43,789 nt of DNA, taken from a virus (taxonomy: Duplodnaviria; Heunggongvirae; Uroviricota; Caudoviricetes). The notes under the pieces are model-generated. The model searched no databases. It was given only the letters and a program-made list of their open reading frames with translations, and was not told where the DNA came from. The number at the start of each line of letters is the position of its first letter. Position 1 is the first letter of the stretch. Made by a program: the position numbers and the translations under genes. Where the stretch lies: the IMG/VR virus record IMGVR_UViG_2623620497_000008, positions 1 to 43,789 of that record; one strand, given 5' to 3'. This document shows, piece by piece, positions 8,597 to 20,030 of this stretch.

Positions 8597-9621
8597 GAGT
8601 ATTGCGCCGCATCCAAACCTTTTGAGTTGAGCAAATCCCGAGCCCCTTTCGCCAGACACAGCAGGTCCATATACCACGCCTGCCCGCGAGTATCGCCAGT
8701 ATAGTCAATGCTGCCGACAATGTAATCACCGTCGGTATTGATTGCCGCCAGCTGCGACCCGGGAAGCCCATCGACATAGATGTTACCGTCTGTGGTACTT
8801 TCGCCTAATAGACCTGGTGACTGACCAACCTGATCATTACCGAGAGCCTGACGATATACAGAGGCCTGATCCAGCCTGATAAGCCCCCCAAGCTTAATAT
8901 TCGGGTTTATCAGACAGCGTACATTCACCCCGGCGCCCATCGTCTGCTGAGGCATACCGATCAGGCCGGTATTGGCGTTCAGTACAATCGCTTCCTGTAT
9001 GTACTTATCATCAGGAACAATATGCACCTGGTTGTTTTCGTACCACCAGTTAGCCTTACATTGCCCTGCAAGGCTGTACATCAGGCGTCCAGTGTTCTGA
9101 TAAATAGTACGGCCGCGGGGGAATACAGTTGGACCAAAATCCGGCCTGCTTCCCTCTGTAATGCCATAAGGGCTAAGGGACTGCATACCCAAATCAAACA
9201 GGTCAGCATGCTTCCAGCCTGCCGATACTGTCGTTTTCACGCTGGCGTTGAGATGCCCCTCCCAGCCATCAATACACTGGATGAGCACCCAACTATCGGT
9301 GACGTTATCTTTTCCGGTAACGGTAAAGCGAATATCACCGTTAAAGATGATCCCCACATTTTTATCAGGATAGTTGCCGCTGCTGTCTGCTGTGCCGTTA
9401 TACCCGGCAATAGCCCTTACACGAGTAAATTCTTTACCCATGATCCGGTTTTGAGTCTCCGGCGACAGATTGTAGATTTTGAAGTTACCCACGAATCCGT
9501 TAAAGATAGTCGCGGGCATCTTCTGGATATTAAACGTCACCTTAAAATCCGACAGCGAAATCCCATCACCCTTATCGTCAATAAGCTGCAGCTCAAAGTG
9601 CCGCATCCAGTTCTGAGACAT
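8593..9621 (-). CDS. baseplate hub / tail protein (gpD-like position)
   Basis: ATG 9619-9621 with GGAG upstream; follows the tape-measure-proximal tail genes. Confidence 0.55.
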   Translation of the reverse strand: MSQNWMRHFELQLIDDKGDGISLSDFKVTFNIQKMPATIFNGFVGNFKIYNLSPETQNRIMGKEFTRVRAIAGYNGTADSSGNYPDKNVGIIFNGDIRFTVTGKDNVTDSWVLIQCIDGWEGHLNASVKTTVSAGWKHADLFDLGMQSLSPYGITEGSRPDFGPTVFPRGRTIYQNTGRLMYSLAGQCKANWWYENNQVHIVPDDKYIQEAIVLNANTGLIGMPQQTMGAGVNVRCLINPNIKLGGLIRLDQASVYRQALGNDQVGQSPGLLGESTTDGNIYVDGLPGSQLAAINTDGDYIVGSIDYTGDTRGQAWYMDLLCLAKGARDLLNSKGLDAAQYS

Positions 9622-9623
9622 AA

Positions 9624-9926
9624 TCACTCCGTTACTGCGTAGAGATGGCTTTTAATGCCGAGGTCGGTTTGGGTTGGATTATCATTTGCCGGGTCGTCGC
9701 AATTGACATAGAGCGAAAAGCCAAGCCCGAGATAGCGATACTGCGCCAGCAGGTTGGCGCCGGTGATAAGCGGGATCCCCTTTATCAGGTCGGCCCCGGT
9801 ACTGTCCATGATATCCAGACACCAGAAAGCACCACGCCAGGTAACAGCCATTTGCAGACTTTGACCTGCCACAGATATGGAGAATCGCTGGTTTTCTGGT
9901 GATAGAGGGATTTCTGAAACAGCCAT
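9624..9926 (-). CDS. tail protein, hypothetical (100 aa)
   Basis: Tightly packed between flanking tail genes. Confidence 0.5.
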   Translation of the reverse strand: MAVSEIPLSPENQRFSISVAGQSLQMAVTWRGAFWCLDIMDSTGADLIKGIPLITGANLLAQYRYLGLGFSLYVNCDDPANDNPTQTDLGIKSHLYAVTE

Positions 9927-10526
9927 TTAACCTCCCGAGATGAAACCGACAAACCGGCTTAGTAGCGACTCATCTTTCGGAGTCGGCGTCTTTACCCCTG
10001 AGTTTTGCACCGCTGACGTGTTCACCCCCTCTTTCATGTTTTCCTTCGCTGCCACGCTGACTGTCTGCGTCTGACTGGTGATTATTTCCCTGAGCGTAAC
10101 TGTCGCCATCAGTACGTTTTCGCTGGTACGTTCGGTCGTCACATCCAGAGAGCGGATCACCATATTGGTATAAAGACGTTTCCCGGTGGTCACATCAAGC
10201 AACTGCCTTTCCTGCTGCATTTTGAGCAGCTCAGCATAGACTTCCTTAGGCCCCATGTTGTTAAGGGGCGTAGACAGCCCGATGCCTGCTGTATCATAAA
10301 AATCCAGCAAGGAACCACCACCAGCAAAGCCTATCTCCATAACGACTTCTGACGGGCGCCGATATGCATGGTCTGCAATGAACCCTGTTCCTGCGCTTGT
10401 AGGCCTTTCAACTGGATGCTCTGTCACCTCCAGAGCATCGCTATGACGCTCTGAAACCACCACGTCGGGTATCATCAGACCAATACGGCGGCTCCGCTGC
10501 TGGAAAAGGGTTGAAAGAATATCCAT
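9927..10526 (-). CDS. tail/baseplate assembly protein, hypothetical (199 aa)
   Basis: ATG overlaps the tape-measure stop (TGATG). Confidence 0.5.
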   Translation of the reverse strand: MDILSTLFQQRSRRIGLMIPDVVVSERHSDALEVTEHPVERPTSAGTGFIADHAYRRPSEVVMEIGFAGGGSLLDFYDTAGIGLSTPLNNMGPKEVYAELLKMQQERQLLDVTTGKRLYTNMVIRSLDVTTERTSENVLMATVTLREIITSQTQTVSVAAKENMKEGVNTSAVQNSGVKTPTPKDESLLSRFVGFISGG

Positions 10527-12526
10527 CAGCTCGGCCCCCGGGTTAGTTGCTGGGTTGCGCGTGCATTAACGTTGCCCTGGCTTTCAGAGACGATTTTCCC
10601 CGCCTCTCTCGGATCGCTGACACCAGAAATGTTGATGACGGTATTCTGGTTCAATGTCGCGCCAGCCCCCGGCATATTGCTCAATACCTTGGGGATATAT
10701 TGCCTGGTTTCCTGCGGCATCAGCGCCATGCCGTACTTCTGCACGTTACCAATCCCCCAGTTATAGGAGGCCAGAGCTTTACCCAGATCGCCGCCGTTCT
10801 TCTGCAGGAGCATCGAAAGATATCGCGCCGCCGCTTCCGCTGACTTGATCGGGTCGAAGACATCATTCCCGTGTAGCCCCATATCCCGAGCGGTACCAGG
10901 CATAAACTGGAACATCCCTTGTGCGCCAGCACCGGATACAGCGAACTGATCCCCCCCTGATTCAGTGATAGCGACACTTCGCAGAAGACCAGAAGGCAGG
11001 TTATACATAGCCTCCAGTTTACCCATCATCGGAGCCATCCATCCAAGCAACTGAGCCCCTGCTTTTGAAGGTGACGGTCGTTTAACTGATTGCCCGTACT
11101 GCGTGGCATCACCATTCCACCAGTCAACAGCCTTATCCCATAACCCCTGCCCGACAGAGGCGGCACCCTGAATAACTGGACTGTCACTCCACGCTGCGGC
11201 TGCGCCTTTAAGCGAATCCCATGCGCCGGAGAAATCACCACTAATAACCTTTCGCAGCGCATCCACCAGCGAACCAAGGATTTTGATTGAACTGCGGACG
11301 CTTTCGATAATCTGGTCAAACAGCCATTTGCCATTAAATTTCGACGTGTCGATATTAATGAATTCAAGGAATCGCTTACCCAGATCGAGAATGGCAGAAC
11401 CTAGGTCTTTAACCTTCACATAGATGCCACCGAAGTCCTTACTCAGGCTGGCAAAAGCCTTTTGGGCATATTTGATACCCGGCTCCCATTTTCCCCAGTC
11501 TATAAGCGACTGGCCGCCTTCTTTCCATGTGCGGTAATCGTCGTAGAGACCTATCAGCGCAGCACCCAGCATAATGACGCGCCCAATAGGCGACATCGCA
11601 AAGGCACTATTCAGGAGACGCCAGGCAATCATTAGCGCCCCAAACACCTCGATAACCTGTCTGGTTTCGGTACCGAGTGATTTCCACCAGTTGATAATGT
11701 CCCCGGTGAGCTGTATCAACCGATAAACCACCCGGCCAATGATTTCACCAAACCACAGGACACCTTTGATACCAGCAGTGATAGCCCCTTCAATTTTCGG
11801 GAAATTCTCCATGATCTGACGGCGCAGCCTGTCGAGAGAGCCAGCAAGTCCATCAGCGAGACTGGAGCCGATTTTATCCCGTGCCATGCCTGCCATCAGC
11901 CCAAAGGAGCGCAGCGAGGTCATGAATTTATTGGAGCTGACGGCGGCCACATCGGCGTTATAGCCGATCGCCTTCGCCATCGCGGTGTATTCGCCACTAA
12001 ACTGGCCGATACCGCGACGCATTGCCATCAGGGTGTTTTCATCCAGACCCAGCATCTGAGCGTACTGGTTCGCGCGGTAATACGGCATGCTGCTAAGACG
12101 CTGGCCGACGCCGGTAAAGATCGTCGCCATATCCCGCATGTTGCCGCTGGCATCACGCGTTTGAACCCCCAGCCGGTTGAGGAAACCCTCAGCGCCGGGA
12201 TTGTTACGCATGAACCGGGCAAGATTTTCGAGAGAGCCGCGGGCCCCGTCGACACTGCCGCCAACCTGACTAACTGCATACCCTATCTGCTTAATACCCT
12301 CTACCGTCGCGCCTGTGCGCTGAGAGGCCCAGTACAGGTCGTCGAGACCGCTGGCAATTTTCGCGGTGAATGCAACGACGGAAAGCGCCGCCGCCTCAAC
12401 TTTGACGCCCAGCTCAATCGCTTTAAGCGTTGTCCCGGCAACGACGGCATCGAATTTTCTGGCGCCAGCCTCATCAACTTTGAACCCAAGCGAGATCAGA
12501 AAGTCCTTGAGCGTTTCAGCGTTCAT
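10526..12526 (-). CDS. tail tape measure protein with C-terminal lytic transglycosylase (SLT) domain
   Basis: 666 aa, helical/Gly-Ala-rich; C-terminal GMFQFMPGTARDMGL...AEAAARYLSMLL...YNWG motif typical of SLT domains. Confidence 0.75.
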   Translation of the reverse strand: MNAETLKDFLISLGFKVDEAGARKFDAVVAGTTLKAIELGVKVEAAALSVVAFTAKIASGLDDLYWASQRTGATVEGIKQIGYAVSQVGGSVDGARGSLENLARFMRNNPGAEGFLNRLGVQTRDASGNMRDMATIFTGVGQRLSSMPYYRANQYAQMLGLDENTLMAMRRGIGQFSGEYTAMAKAIGYNADVAAVSSNKFMTSLRSFGLMAGMARDKIGSSLADGLAGSLDRLRRQIMENFPKIEGAITAGIKGVLWFGEIIGRVVYRLIQLTGDIINWWKSLGTETRQVIEVFGALMIAWRLLNSAFAMSPIGRVIMLGAALIGLYDDYRTWKEGGQSLIDWGKWEPGIKYAQKAFASLSKDFGGIYVKVKDLGSAILDLGKRFLEFINIDTSKFNGKWLFDQIIESVRSSIKILGSLVDALRKVISGDFSGAWDSLKGAAAAWSDSPVIQGAASVGQGLWDKAVDWWNGDATQYGQSVKRPSPSKAGAQLLGWMAPMMGKLEAMYNLPSGLLRSVAITESGGDQFAVSGAGAQGMFQFMPGTARDMGLHGNDVFDPIKSAEAAARYLSMLLQKNGGDLGKALASYNWGIGNVQKYGMALMPQETRQYIPKVLSNMPGAGATLNQNTVINISGVSDPREAGKIVSESQGNVNARATQQLTRGPS

Positions 12527-12748
12527 TAGCCTCTCTCCATTTCGCTATACGGTTTTCGTTATCGGCTTTCAGGTCCAGCCAGTCATTCATACGGGCAATA
12601 TCAGCCAGGTCTACTGATCCATCTTTCAGGGCGGTGTAGGGGATGAGCCCGGCATCCACCGGGCGCATCAGGAAATCCTCGCCTTCTGGCATGGATTCCA
12701 GGGCTGGACCTATGGCTGGGTAGGCGTCTCGCTGGCGGGGAGTTCTTT
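12516..12748 (-). other. -1 frame extension ORF (80 codons) downstream of the chaperone slippery site; frameshift fusion product of tail assembly chaperone
   Basis: Open -1 frame from slippery heptamer (12749-12755) to TGA at 12516-12518, overlapping the tape-measure start. Confidence 0.55.
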
Positions 12749-13129
12749 CAAAAAATTTCCCAGACTATCGGCGACCACCCGCGCCACCAGCTGCAGCATA
12801 GTAAACAGGTCGATATCGTCGAACATAAGCACGCCCTGATCGAAGACTTTCGCCCAGCCCTTTTCGTGCTGGCGGGAAACGACACTCAGGCACGGATAAA
12901 TCACCGCGTTAACGTCGTCGTCCGGCAGCGCTGCCAGCGTATCGGCAATTTTCGGCAGTACGCTTTCCAGCACAGCGCCGGAGTTACCGGCGGCGACCTG
13001 AGCCTTCAGCGTAGAGAATTCACTGACCAGACCAGCCAGCACGGGCAGAAGCTTACGACTGACCTTCAGCTGCTGGAAAACGTCGAGTTTCGCTGTGCGG
13101 TAGTTAACGCCCTTAATTTCAAATTCCAT
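12710..13129 (-). CDS. tail assembly chaperone (0-frame product)
   Basis: 139 aa, immediately upstream of the tape measure gene; conserved synteny. Confidence 0.6.
   Translation of the reverse strand: MEFEIKGVNYRTAKLDVFQQLKVSRKLLPVLAGLVSEFSTLKAQVAAGNSGAVLESVLPKIADTLAALPDDDVNAVIYPCLSVVSRQHEKGWAKVFDQGVLMFDDIDLFTMLQLVARVVADSLGNFLKELPASETPTQP
12749..12755 (-). other. putative -1 programmed ribosomal frameshift slippery heptamer U UUU UUG
   Basis: GGA AAU UUU UUG in chaperone frame, 12 codons before its stop. Confidence 0.5.
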
Positions 13130-13132
13130 CGA

Positions 13133-13576
13133 TTAAAACTCCCCCAGCAGTTGGTCAATCTTACCGGCGTCAAATACCCACGACACCGTATTGCCAACCT
13201 TGGCGTTAGCGTGATCCGGCTGCTTCTGGAATGCGCAGCTACGCGCGGTGGTGATATCGCCTGACACCTTGTTTCGGATGACAATCACGTTATTACCCCA
13301 GGTCGCCGAGGACTGGCTCTGCGCGTTATACATCAGGGACAGTTTTTTGTTCACCGGGGACGTTTTCAGCAGGGTAACTGTGATGGTGCCACTCTTACCG
13401 GCGTGCAGGCTGTGCATCACCTCACCATCGGCGCCGACGGTCATGGTGTTTTTTGCCTCGGTCATCGCAACCGTAATACCTTCTTCGGAGTTCGCCGAGC
13501 CGTAGCCCAGATCGATACTGCCGGTTGGGCCCGTCAGGGATGCCGAGACGTCAATAAAACTATAGGTTCCGCTCAT
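13133..13576 (-). CDS. tail tube protein
   Basis: 147 aa; directly downstream of the sheath gene. Confidence 0.55.
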   Translation of the reverse strand: MSGTYSFIDVSASLTGPTGSIDLGYGSANSEEGITVAMTEAKNTMTVGADGEVMHSLHAGKSGTITVTLLKTSPVNKKLSLMYNAQSQSSATWGNNVIVIRNKVSGDITTARSCAFQKQPDHANAKVGNTVSWVFDAGKIDQLLGEF

Positions 13577-13585
13577 GGTCGCTCC

Positions 13586-14731
13586 TTATCGCACCACATT
13601 GATCTGCACGTCGGCATAGTGAATGGCACCCGCCAGTTTGATCGCCGCCTGAATCACCGGCGACTTACGCGCTTCCCTGTCGGACTGCGCCTGGTTATCT
13701 ACTGAATCGGCGTAGACGTAGTAACCCTTGGTCAGTGTGTCACCTGATTCAATCTGGCCGATCGGGCCGCCATTCCATACACCCGGAGCAATAAGGCCGT
13801 TATTTACCGCCTGATCCAGTGAGGCTTCGACGTTGGTCATTAACCGGGTTACGCCCGCGTCGGTTTGCGGAATTTTGGTATTCGAGGTGTACAGCAGGTT
13901 GTAAAGGTTGGTCTGAACGTAGTTCTGCAGCCAGTCCAGCCCGTGGCGCTCATCAAAGAAATCACCGTTCGCCATGACACCCTGCTGGATAATCGCTGTA
14001 TCGTTGGCGTAGTAGACGTAGACGTTACCGTTAATGGCATCAATAGCGGACGCCTGCGCGGTCGTGAGCGTTTCGTACGTCACGCCAGGCTCGGTTTTGA
14101 ATTTCAGGGTGATCGTGGTGTTGTTGCCGGTGAAATTCACCGTAAACGCACGGCCAAATGCCGAGATAGCGGCGTATTTGCTGCTGGAGCTGTACTGCCA
14201 GAACGTACGGCTGTAGCCGGCGGCTTTCAGCTTATAGCCGATGTTGTCGGTATTCCCCGAGACCAGCACATTCACATCATCAGTGGTAACGGCCAGAATG
14301 CGACTCAGGCTGGATGCCTCGATCGCCGCAGCAACCGAAATCACGTCAGCCTCAACCAGATCGGCGCTATCGGCAATCGCCAGCCCGTACCAGTTGGTAT
14401 ATTGCAGAGAGGCATTAACCGCCTGCAGCAGCGTTTCAACTGTGCCATCTTCACCTTCCGCCAGCGTCTTCGCCCAGCGGCCGATATAGACCAGCGTCGG
14501 TTTTGGTGATTGTGAAAAGAAGATGGTCGCTGCTTCGTATTCCGGGGAGTCAACGCCAAAATCATCGCCGATATCTTCAATGGCCGAATACTGGCGAATG
14601 CGCTCGGTAACCGGAATAACGGTAGAGGTTCCCAGAATGAGGAGCGCACCGAAGTTTCGCCCCGTTGCCGCTACCGGTGACATGATGACGTCAACGTTAA
14701 CGACATTGGAAACAGGTAAGCCCTGTGCCAT
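13586..14731 (-). CDS. contractile tail sheath protein
   Basis: 381 aa; size and sheath-tube-chaperone-TMP order. Confidence 0.65.
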   Translation of the reverse strand: MAQGLPVSNVVNVDVIMSPVAATGRNFGALLILGTSTVIPVTERIRQYSAIEDIGDDFGVDSPEYEAATIFFSQSPKPTLVYIGRWAKTLAEGEDGTVETLLQAVNASLQYTNWYGLAIADSADLVEADVISVAAAIEASSLSRILAVTTDDVNVLVSGNTDNIGYKLKAAGYSRTFWQYSSSSKYAAISAFGRAFTVNFTGNNTTITLKFKTEPGVTYETLTTAQASAIDAINGNVYVYYANDTAIIQQGVMANGDFFDERHGLDWLQNYVQTNLYNLLYTSNTKIPQTDAGVTRLMTNVEASLDQAVNNGLIAPGVWNGGPIGQIESGDTLTKGYYVYADSVDNQAQSDREARKSPVIQAAIKLAGAIHYADVQINVVR

Positions 14732-14734
14732 GTT

Positions 14735-15278
14735 TTAATCTCCAAAAAATTGCACTGGCGCGTCGACCAGCGATTGAATGCCGTACTGGCGGATGATTTT
14801 GCGGCGCAGGTCAACGCTGATATCGTACCGGCGCACCCACTGGTTATTGATGAGTTCGGGCAGATTGAGGATCCGCCCATGCTGCAGAAATGTCAGGCCT
14901 GAGCGGTTGAGCTCGTCATTGTTCTGCGAGACCAGCAGACCGTCACGAAAGCGCGTGGCCATTGCCAGCCCCTGCGGGCCATAGAAGCACAAGATCAGGC
15001 TCACGGTCTCATGCGACCACTGTTCGGTGTTCTCTTCGCCCTGCACGTACGCCGGGTTGAAGTCCTCCTGAATGCCGGTGATACCGAACGCGCACCAGGT
15101 GGTGCCGTTTTTGGGTATCTGCTTTTGCGGGTCAGTCCAGCGTGGGTAAACCAGCGTGGCAGCCAGCCCTGTCACACCCCGTATCCAGCGGCTGATTAGC
15201 CGTTCCAGATCCTCATCGTAGGGCGGTGAATCACCGACGGGGGTCAGATATCCCGCCGTTGTGCTGTCGTTACTCAAT
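14735..15278 (-). CDS. neck / tail completion protein, hypothetical; probable TTG start
   Basis: Track ORF runs to 15358 but its first ~27 codons overlap the upstream gene; TTG at 15276-15278. Confidence 0.4.
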
Positions 15279-15655
15279 CGGCGTTCCCCCGTCAAATTCC
15301 AGCAGCTCGCAATGCGCCTGAACGAACCCGGCACCGTACGCTGTATACGGGTCGACAAACGTCACACGATAATCTCGCCCGCGGTAGGTTACGATATCGG
15401 CATCTAATCCGGGTTGCCCCTGAGTAAGCCTGAACTGCGTCACGATGAGAATGGCCCCGTTGATGTTCTGTCCGGCGGCCATACGCTTAGCCTCAAGCGA
15501 GCGATCGACGGTTACGACACCAGAGAACGGAATAGCCTGCGCGGTATTGGTCGGAAAATTATCTTCGTCCACCGTCTGCACCTGTCGATAACACACCAGG
15601 GACAGGTCGACAAAGTCCGGATCAAGCAGAACATCAGTCACATCGAGAAACGGCA

Positions 15656-15656
<1 letters not shown>
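15270..15656 (-). CDS. head-tail joining protein, hypothetical (128 aa)
   Basis: Synteny between head and tail modules. Confidence 0.5.
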
Positions 15657-16837
<1,181 letters not shown>

Positions 16838-16867
16838 TCATGAGCGGCCCTTTCGGGCCGCCGCAGG

Positions 16868-17809
16868 TTAGATGCCGTCGACGTAGGCCAGAGTTTCCGG
16901 ATAAACCGGCTCTACTGCACCGAGCTTGCCGTAATAGGTTACGAGCTGATACAGGCCGCGATACTGGATCGGCACGCTCATCAGCGGAACCATCGGGAAG
17001 CGAACGTATTTCTTGTCGTTGGTGTAGAACATCATGCGATCAGAGTTCGACACGCCACGACCTTTCGCCCATTTCACCGGACGGATGTTCAGAGGACGCC
17101 CGTTCTGGTGGTATGCGATGGTGTTGGTTTCCAGATAGGTCAGCAGGGACTGGTTACCAGCGCTGGATACGATGGTGCTTGCCAGCAGAGAGAACTGCTC
17201 CGGCGGGATCAGCAGGTCCGTCGGTACCATGGAGTAAGCCGAGTTGGCCCACGCAGCACTCAACCCGGCATTAATGCTCGCCCGGATTTCGTCAGCGGTG
17301 GAGGTCGCCCAGGTCTTCGCGGCGTTGGTCGGCGTTACCTGCGTCAGGTTCAGCAGGCCTTTAACGTCCAGACCGGAATCGCCGATATAAACCTGCTCGT
17401 CTGTGTCCATGTTCCACTTCAGCTGCATGCCGTCGTACTTCTGTGTGTCGATCGGGCGACCAACCTGCGCAGCTGCCTGCAATTCGGGAACGGTCCATCC
17501 CAGCTCCATACCCCAAAGGGTAAGCGGGAAGCCAGTTTTTGCGATGTCGACGTTAACGCCAGCCAGCGCGGTAGGGATTTTGCTCAGCCAGTTTTTACCG
17601 TTGGCGTTCGGTGTACCGGCAGCGGCAAAGGTGGTGTTAGTGAAAGAGCTGATCTCGTCAGCAATAGACACGTCTTCACGCAACTGGATATCGCGCGACC
17701 AGGTGAAATTCACCAGCGGCAGATTCAGTGTCTGATCGAGACGCTCCAGCTCATGGACAAGAAAGGCACCAGTGCCGTCGACTGTCGCCTGGTCAAATGT
17801 CATTGGCAT
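16868..17809 (-). CDS. major capsid protein
   Basis: 313 aa; position after scaffold and decoration-like genes. Confidence 0.65.
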   Translation of the reverse strand: MPMTFDQATVDGTGAFLVHELERLDQTLNLPLVNFTWSRDIQLREDVSIADEISSFTNTTFAAAGTPNANGKNWLSKIPTALAGVNVDIAKTGFPLTLWGMELGWTVPELQAAAQVGRPIDTQKYDGMQLKWNMDTDEQVYIGDSGLDVKGLLNLTQVTPTNAAKTWATSTADEIRASINAGLSAAWANSAYSMVPTDLLIPPEQFSLLASTIVSSAGNQSLLTYLETNTIAYHQNGRPLNIRPVKWAKGRGVSNSDRMMFYTNDKKYVRFPMVPLMSVPIQYRGLYQLVTYYGKLGAVEPVYPETLAYVDGI

Positions 17810-17820
17810 TTGCGATTTCC

Positions 17821-18315
17821 TTAAATATTGAAGGCCAGCTCAATGTTGCCGCTGGTGTCGCCAGGGCCATTGAAGTAAGCGTTAGTGATCTGGACGGTAT
17901 TCGAGCCATCAGCGGCGGCAAGGAACGCGCCGAGAGGGCTTGAGGCGGATGGTGTGGCCACTCGCATGTAGACCGGGCCATGCAGCGCAACGCTGGATGC
18001 ATCCGCGCCGATGTTTACCGTGACGTAACCACGGACCAGGCAATCGCCGGTGAAGTTTTTACCGCTGCCTACCTGCTGGACTTTATCCGGCTGGCTGGCG
18101 GTCGGATACGGACGAACGTAAATGCCCACCAGCACCGACGCTGTATCGCTCGCAGCGATTGGCACAAATTTCCCGGAGGAAATCTTGCCGCCAAGGCCGT
18201 AAGCGGGAAAAAGGTTGGAGGAGTCCAGCAGTTGAGGTTCAACCGTCAGATCCTGCGGACGAGAAATTGCCCCGGCGATGCCCGCAGGCATCCGGTAAAG
18301 AAATGTATTACCCAT
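17821..18315 (-). CDS. head decoration / minor capsid protein
   Basis: 164 aa between scaffold and capsid genes. Confidence 0.5.
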   Translation of the reverse strand: MGNTFLYRMPAGIAGAISRPQDLTVEPQLLDSSNLFPAYGLGGKISSGKFVPIAASDTASVLVGIYVRPYPTASQPDKVQQVGSGKNFTGDCLVRGYVTVNIGADASSVALHGPVYMRVATPSASSPLGAFLAAADGSNTVQITNAYFNGPGDTSGNIELAFNI

Positions 18316-18318
18316 TGG

Positions 18319-19521
18319 TTAGCCTCGTTTAGACCAGAATTCCTGCGCGGCCTGATTCATACCGGCAATGGTTTTAACAGTGGTGGCAGTCTGCGTTTGC
18401 AGGCTGTCGACGGTTTTGGTATTGCGGTTTTTAGCCAGCTCAGAAACAGCTGTGAAAGCCATATCCACCGTGGCTTTTTTCAGCTTGCTGATATCGGCAT
18501 CACCGACAATAGAGCGCACCAGAGATTGATCGGCAGAGGCGAGCACCTGACGCTTGAATGCTGTCGGCTTCGCCTTTTCTGGCAACTGGATGCCTGGCTG
18601 AATCAGATCGGCACGGTAAGCGGCGTCGCCGGTAACCTTACCCTCTTCTTCCTTTTTCTCCTCTTCGTCCTCGGCATCGCCGGTTCCAGGAGCAGTTGCC
18701 GCAGGCGTGAGTTTGGCCACCGCCTCAATCAGCGCCTTACCCCATGCAGGAATTTCTTCCTCGGCATCGCCGGTTCCAGGCAATGCCGGGCCGGGAAGCG
18801 GATTTTGCGGCGCAAGGTTGATGACCACTCCGCCAGGTGTCATAGAGGTCGATACGTCGTTATCGCCCGTGACATCATCAGGCGGGTTATCAATGAGACT
18901 TGCCATTTCGGCAGCGTCCCCGGTTTTACGGGCCTTCAGGAGCCGGGTAAACCAGTTTTTAGTAGTGCTTGGCATAGAATCCCCTATTGCACAACGGAAA
19001 CCGGCCCGCCCGTTAGGGACAAGGGCCAGATGGTTAGCGGTAATCGCAGATTGCTTTGCGAGACCAGGTGAAATCTGTTCGTAATCGGCGTCGTACCCGC
19101 AGCTGACCTCGTCATCACCATCATCAATTGCCTGCAGGGCTTCCGGGGTTTTGACGATGACATCAGCCAGCAGCAGATCGGTTTTATCGTCCGTGCCACG
19201 TCGTACGTTCTGGATGTGCCCGTGAGCCAGCTGGCGCCAGTTATCAGGGGTAACAAAGATGATCTGCCCGTCAAAATCTCGCGGATGGCCGATAGTGACT
19301 GCCATTCCTTCGAATGACGCCATGGCTCGCTCGCTGAACACCTCTTCTGGCGTCCGGCGTACGATGACCTTCCCTCTGTCGTTTGGGACAAGCTCAGGCC
19401 GCTCTGTGGCGTCGTACTCCAGCTCACCAGTCCTTGCGATCGGGACGTCCTTAAACAGGACTGACCCATCAGTAAGTTGAAAGCGAGTATTACCCAGGCG
19501 GGTTTTAAAGAAATATTTCAT
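18319..19521 (-). CDS. head scaffolding-like protein with acidic repeat region
   Basis: 400 aa; internal PGTGDAEEE repeats; upstream of capsid genes. Confidence 0.55.
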   Translation of the reverse strand: MKYFFKTRLGNTRFQLTDGSVLFKDVPIARTGELEYDATERPELVPNDRGKVIVRRTPEEVFSERAMASFEGMAVTIGHPRDFDGQIIFVTPDNWRQLAHGHIQNVRRGTDDKTDLLLADVIVKTPEALQAIDDGDDEVSCGYDADYEQISPGLAKQSAITANHLALVPNGRAGFRCAIGDSMPSTTKNWFTRLLKARKTGDAAEMASLIDNPPDDVTGDNDVSTSMTPGGVVINLAPQNPLPGPALPGTGDAEEEIPAWGKALIEAVAKLTPAATAPGTGDAEDEEEKKEEEGKVTGDAAYRADLIQPGIQLPEKAKPTAFKRQVLASADQSLVRSIVGDADISKLKKATVDMAFTAVSELAKNRNTKTVDSLQTQTATTVKTIAGMNQAAQEFWSKRG

Positions 19522-19544
19522 GGGTTACCTGCTGAATGGCGGGC

Positions 19545-19570
19545 AAAGAAAAGGCCGCTGAATAGCGGCC
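19545..19570 (-). terminator. rho-independent terminator (GGCCGCU-AUUC-AGCGGCC + UUUUCUUU) after the head-module moron
   Basis: Perfect 7-bp inverted repeat 19553-19570, A-run 19545-19552 on plus strand. Confidence 0.45.
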
Positions 19571-19576
19571 TCGTTG

Positions 19577-19999
19577 TTAGTTACTATTTAATCTTTCTCG
19601 TAATATCTTGGCTTTCTCAAGCTTTACTTTTGCCGATTCGAGAGTTTCTCTTGCTTGTTGCACCCTCCTGGCATCCTTGTTTGGATTATTTCCACGCCCT
19701 CCCCAGTCCGGGCTAGATATCCTTTCCCAAGCTTGTTTTGCGGATAATAAATAGCGTTCAGCACCTTCCACATCAGAGGCATTTCTTAACCACTCTAAAT
19801 AGAAATTGGTAGCTTCTTCACAATTTTTTAAGAAATTCTCAATATCAGATTTTCTTGTTTTCCCCGTTGGCAGCGAGAATGGGCACCATTCAGATTGCTC
19901 TAGGGGTCTAAAATACCAAGAATATACCCATTGCCCGTTGATAAAATCGCGTTCATGGGTGAATTCTAACCCGTTAAGCTTATGTATGTTTTGCTTCAT
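19577..19999 (-). CDS. hypothetical protein (140 aa), low-GC moron between head morphogenesis and scaffold genes
   Basis: ATG 19997-19999 with AGGGA upstream; AT-rich codon usage unlike neighbours. Confidence 0.55.
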   Translation of the reverse strand: MKQNIHKLNGLEFTHERDFINGQWVYSWYFRPLEQSEWCPFSLPTGKTRKSDIENFLKNCEEATNFYLEWLRNASDVEGAERYLLSAKQAWERISSPDWGGRGNNPNKDARRVQQARETLESAKVKLEKAKILRERLNSN

Positions 20000-20030
20000 T
20001 TGCTATCCCTATCGAGTTGTTACTAATGCA

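Noticed and set aside
13865-14509. 214-aa plus-strand ORF inside the sheath gene
   Set aside because: Antisense shadow of the sheath coding sequence; Arg-rich, no start context.
17108-19084. Long plus-strand ORFs (17108..17824, 17980..19071, 18707..19084) antisense to capsid and scaffold genes
   Set aside because: Arg/Gly/Cys-rich translations typical of antisense shadows of GC-rich coding sequence; no SD; fully contained within well-supported minus-strand genes.
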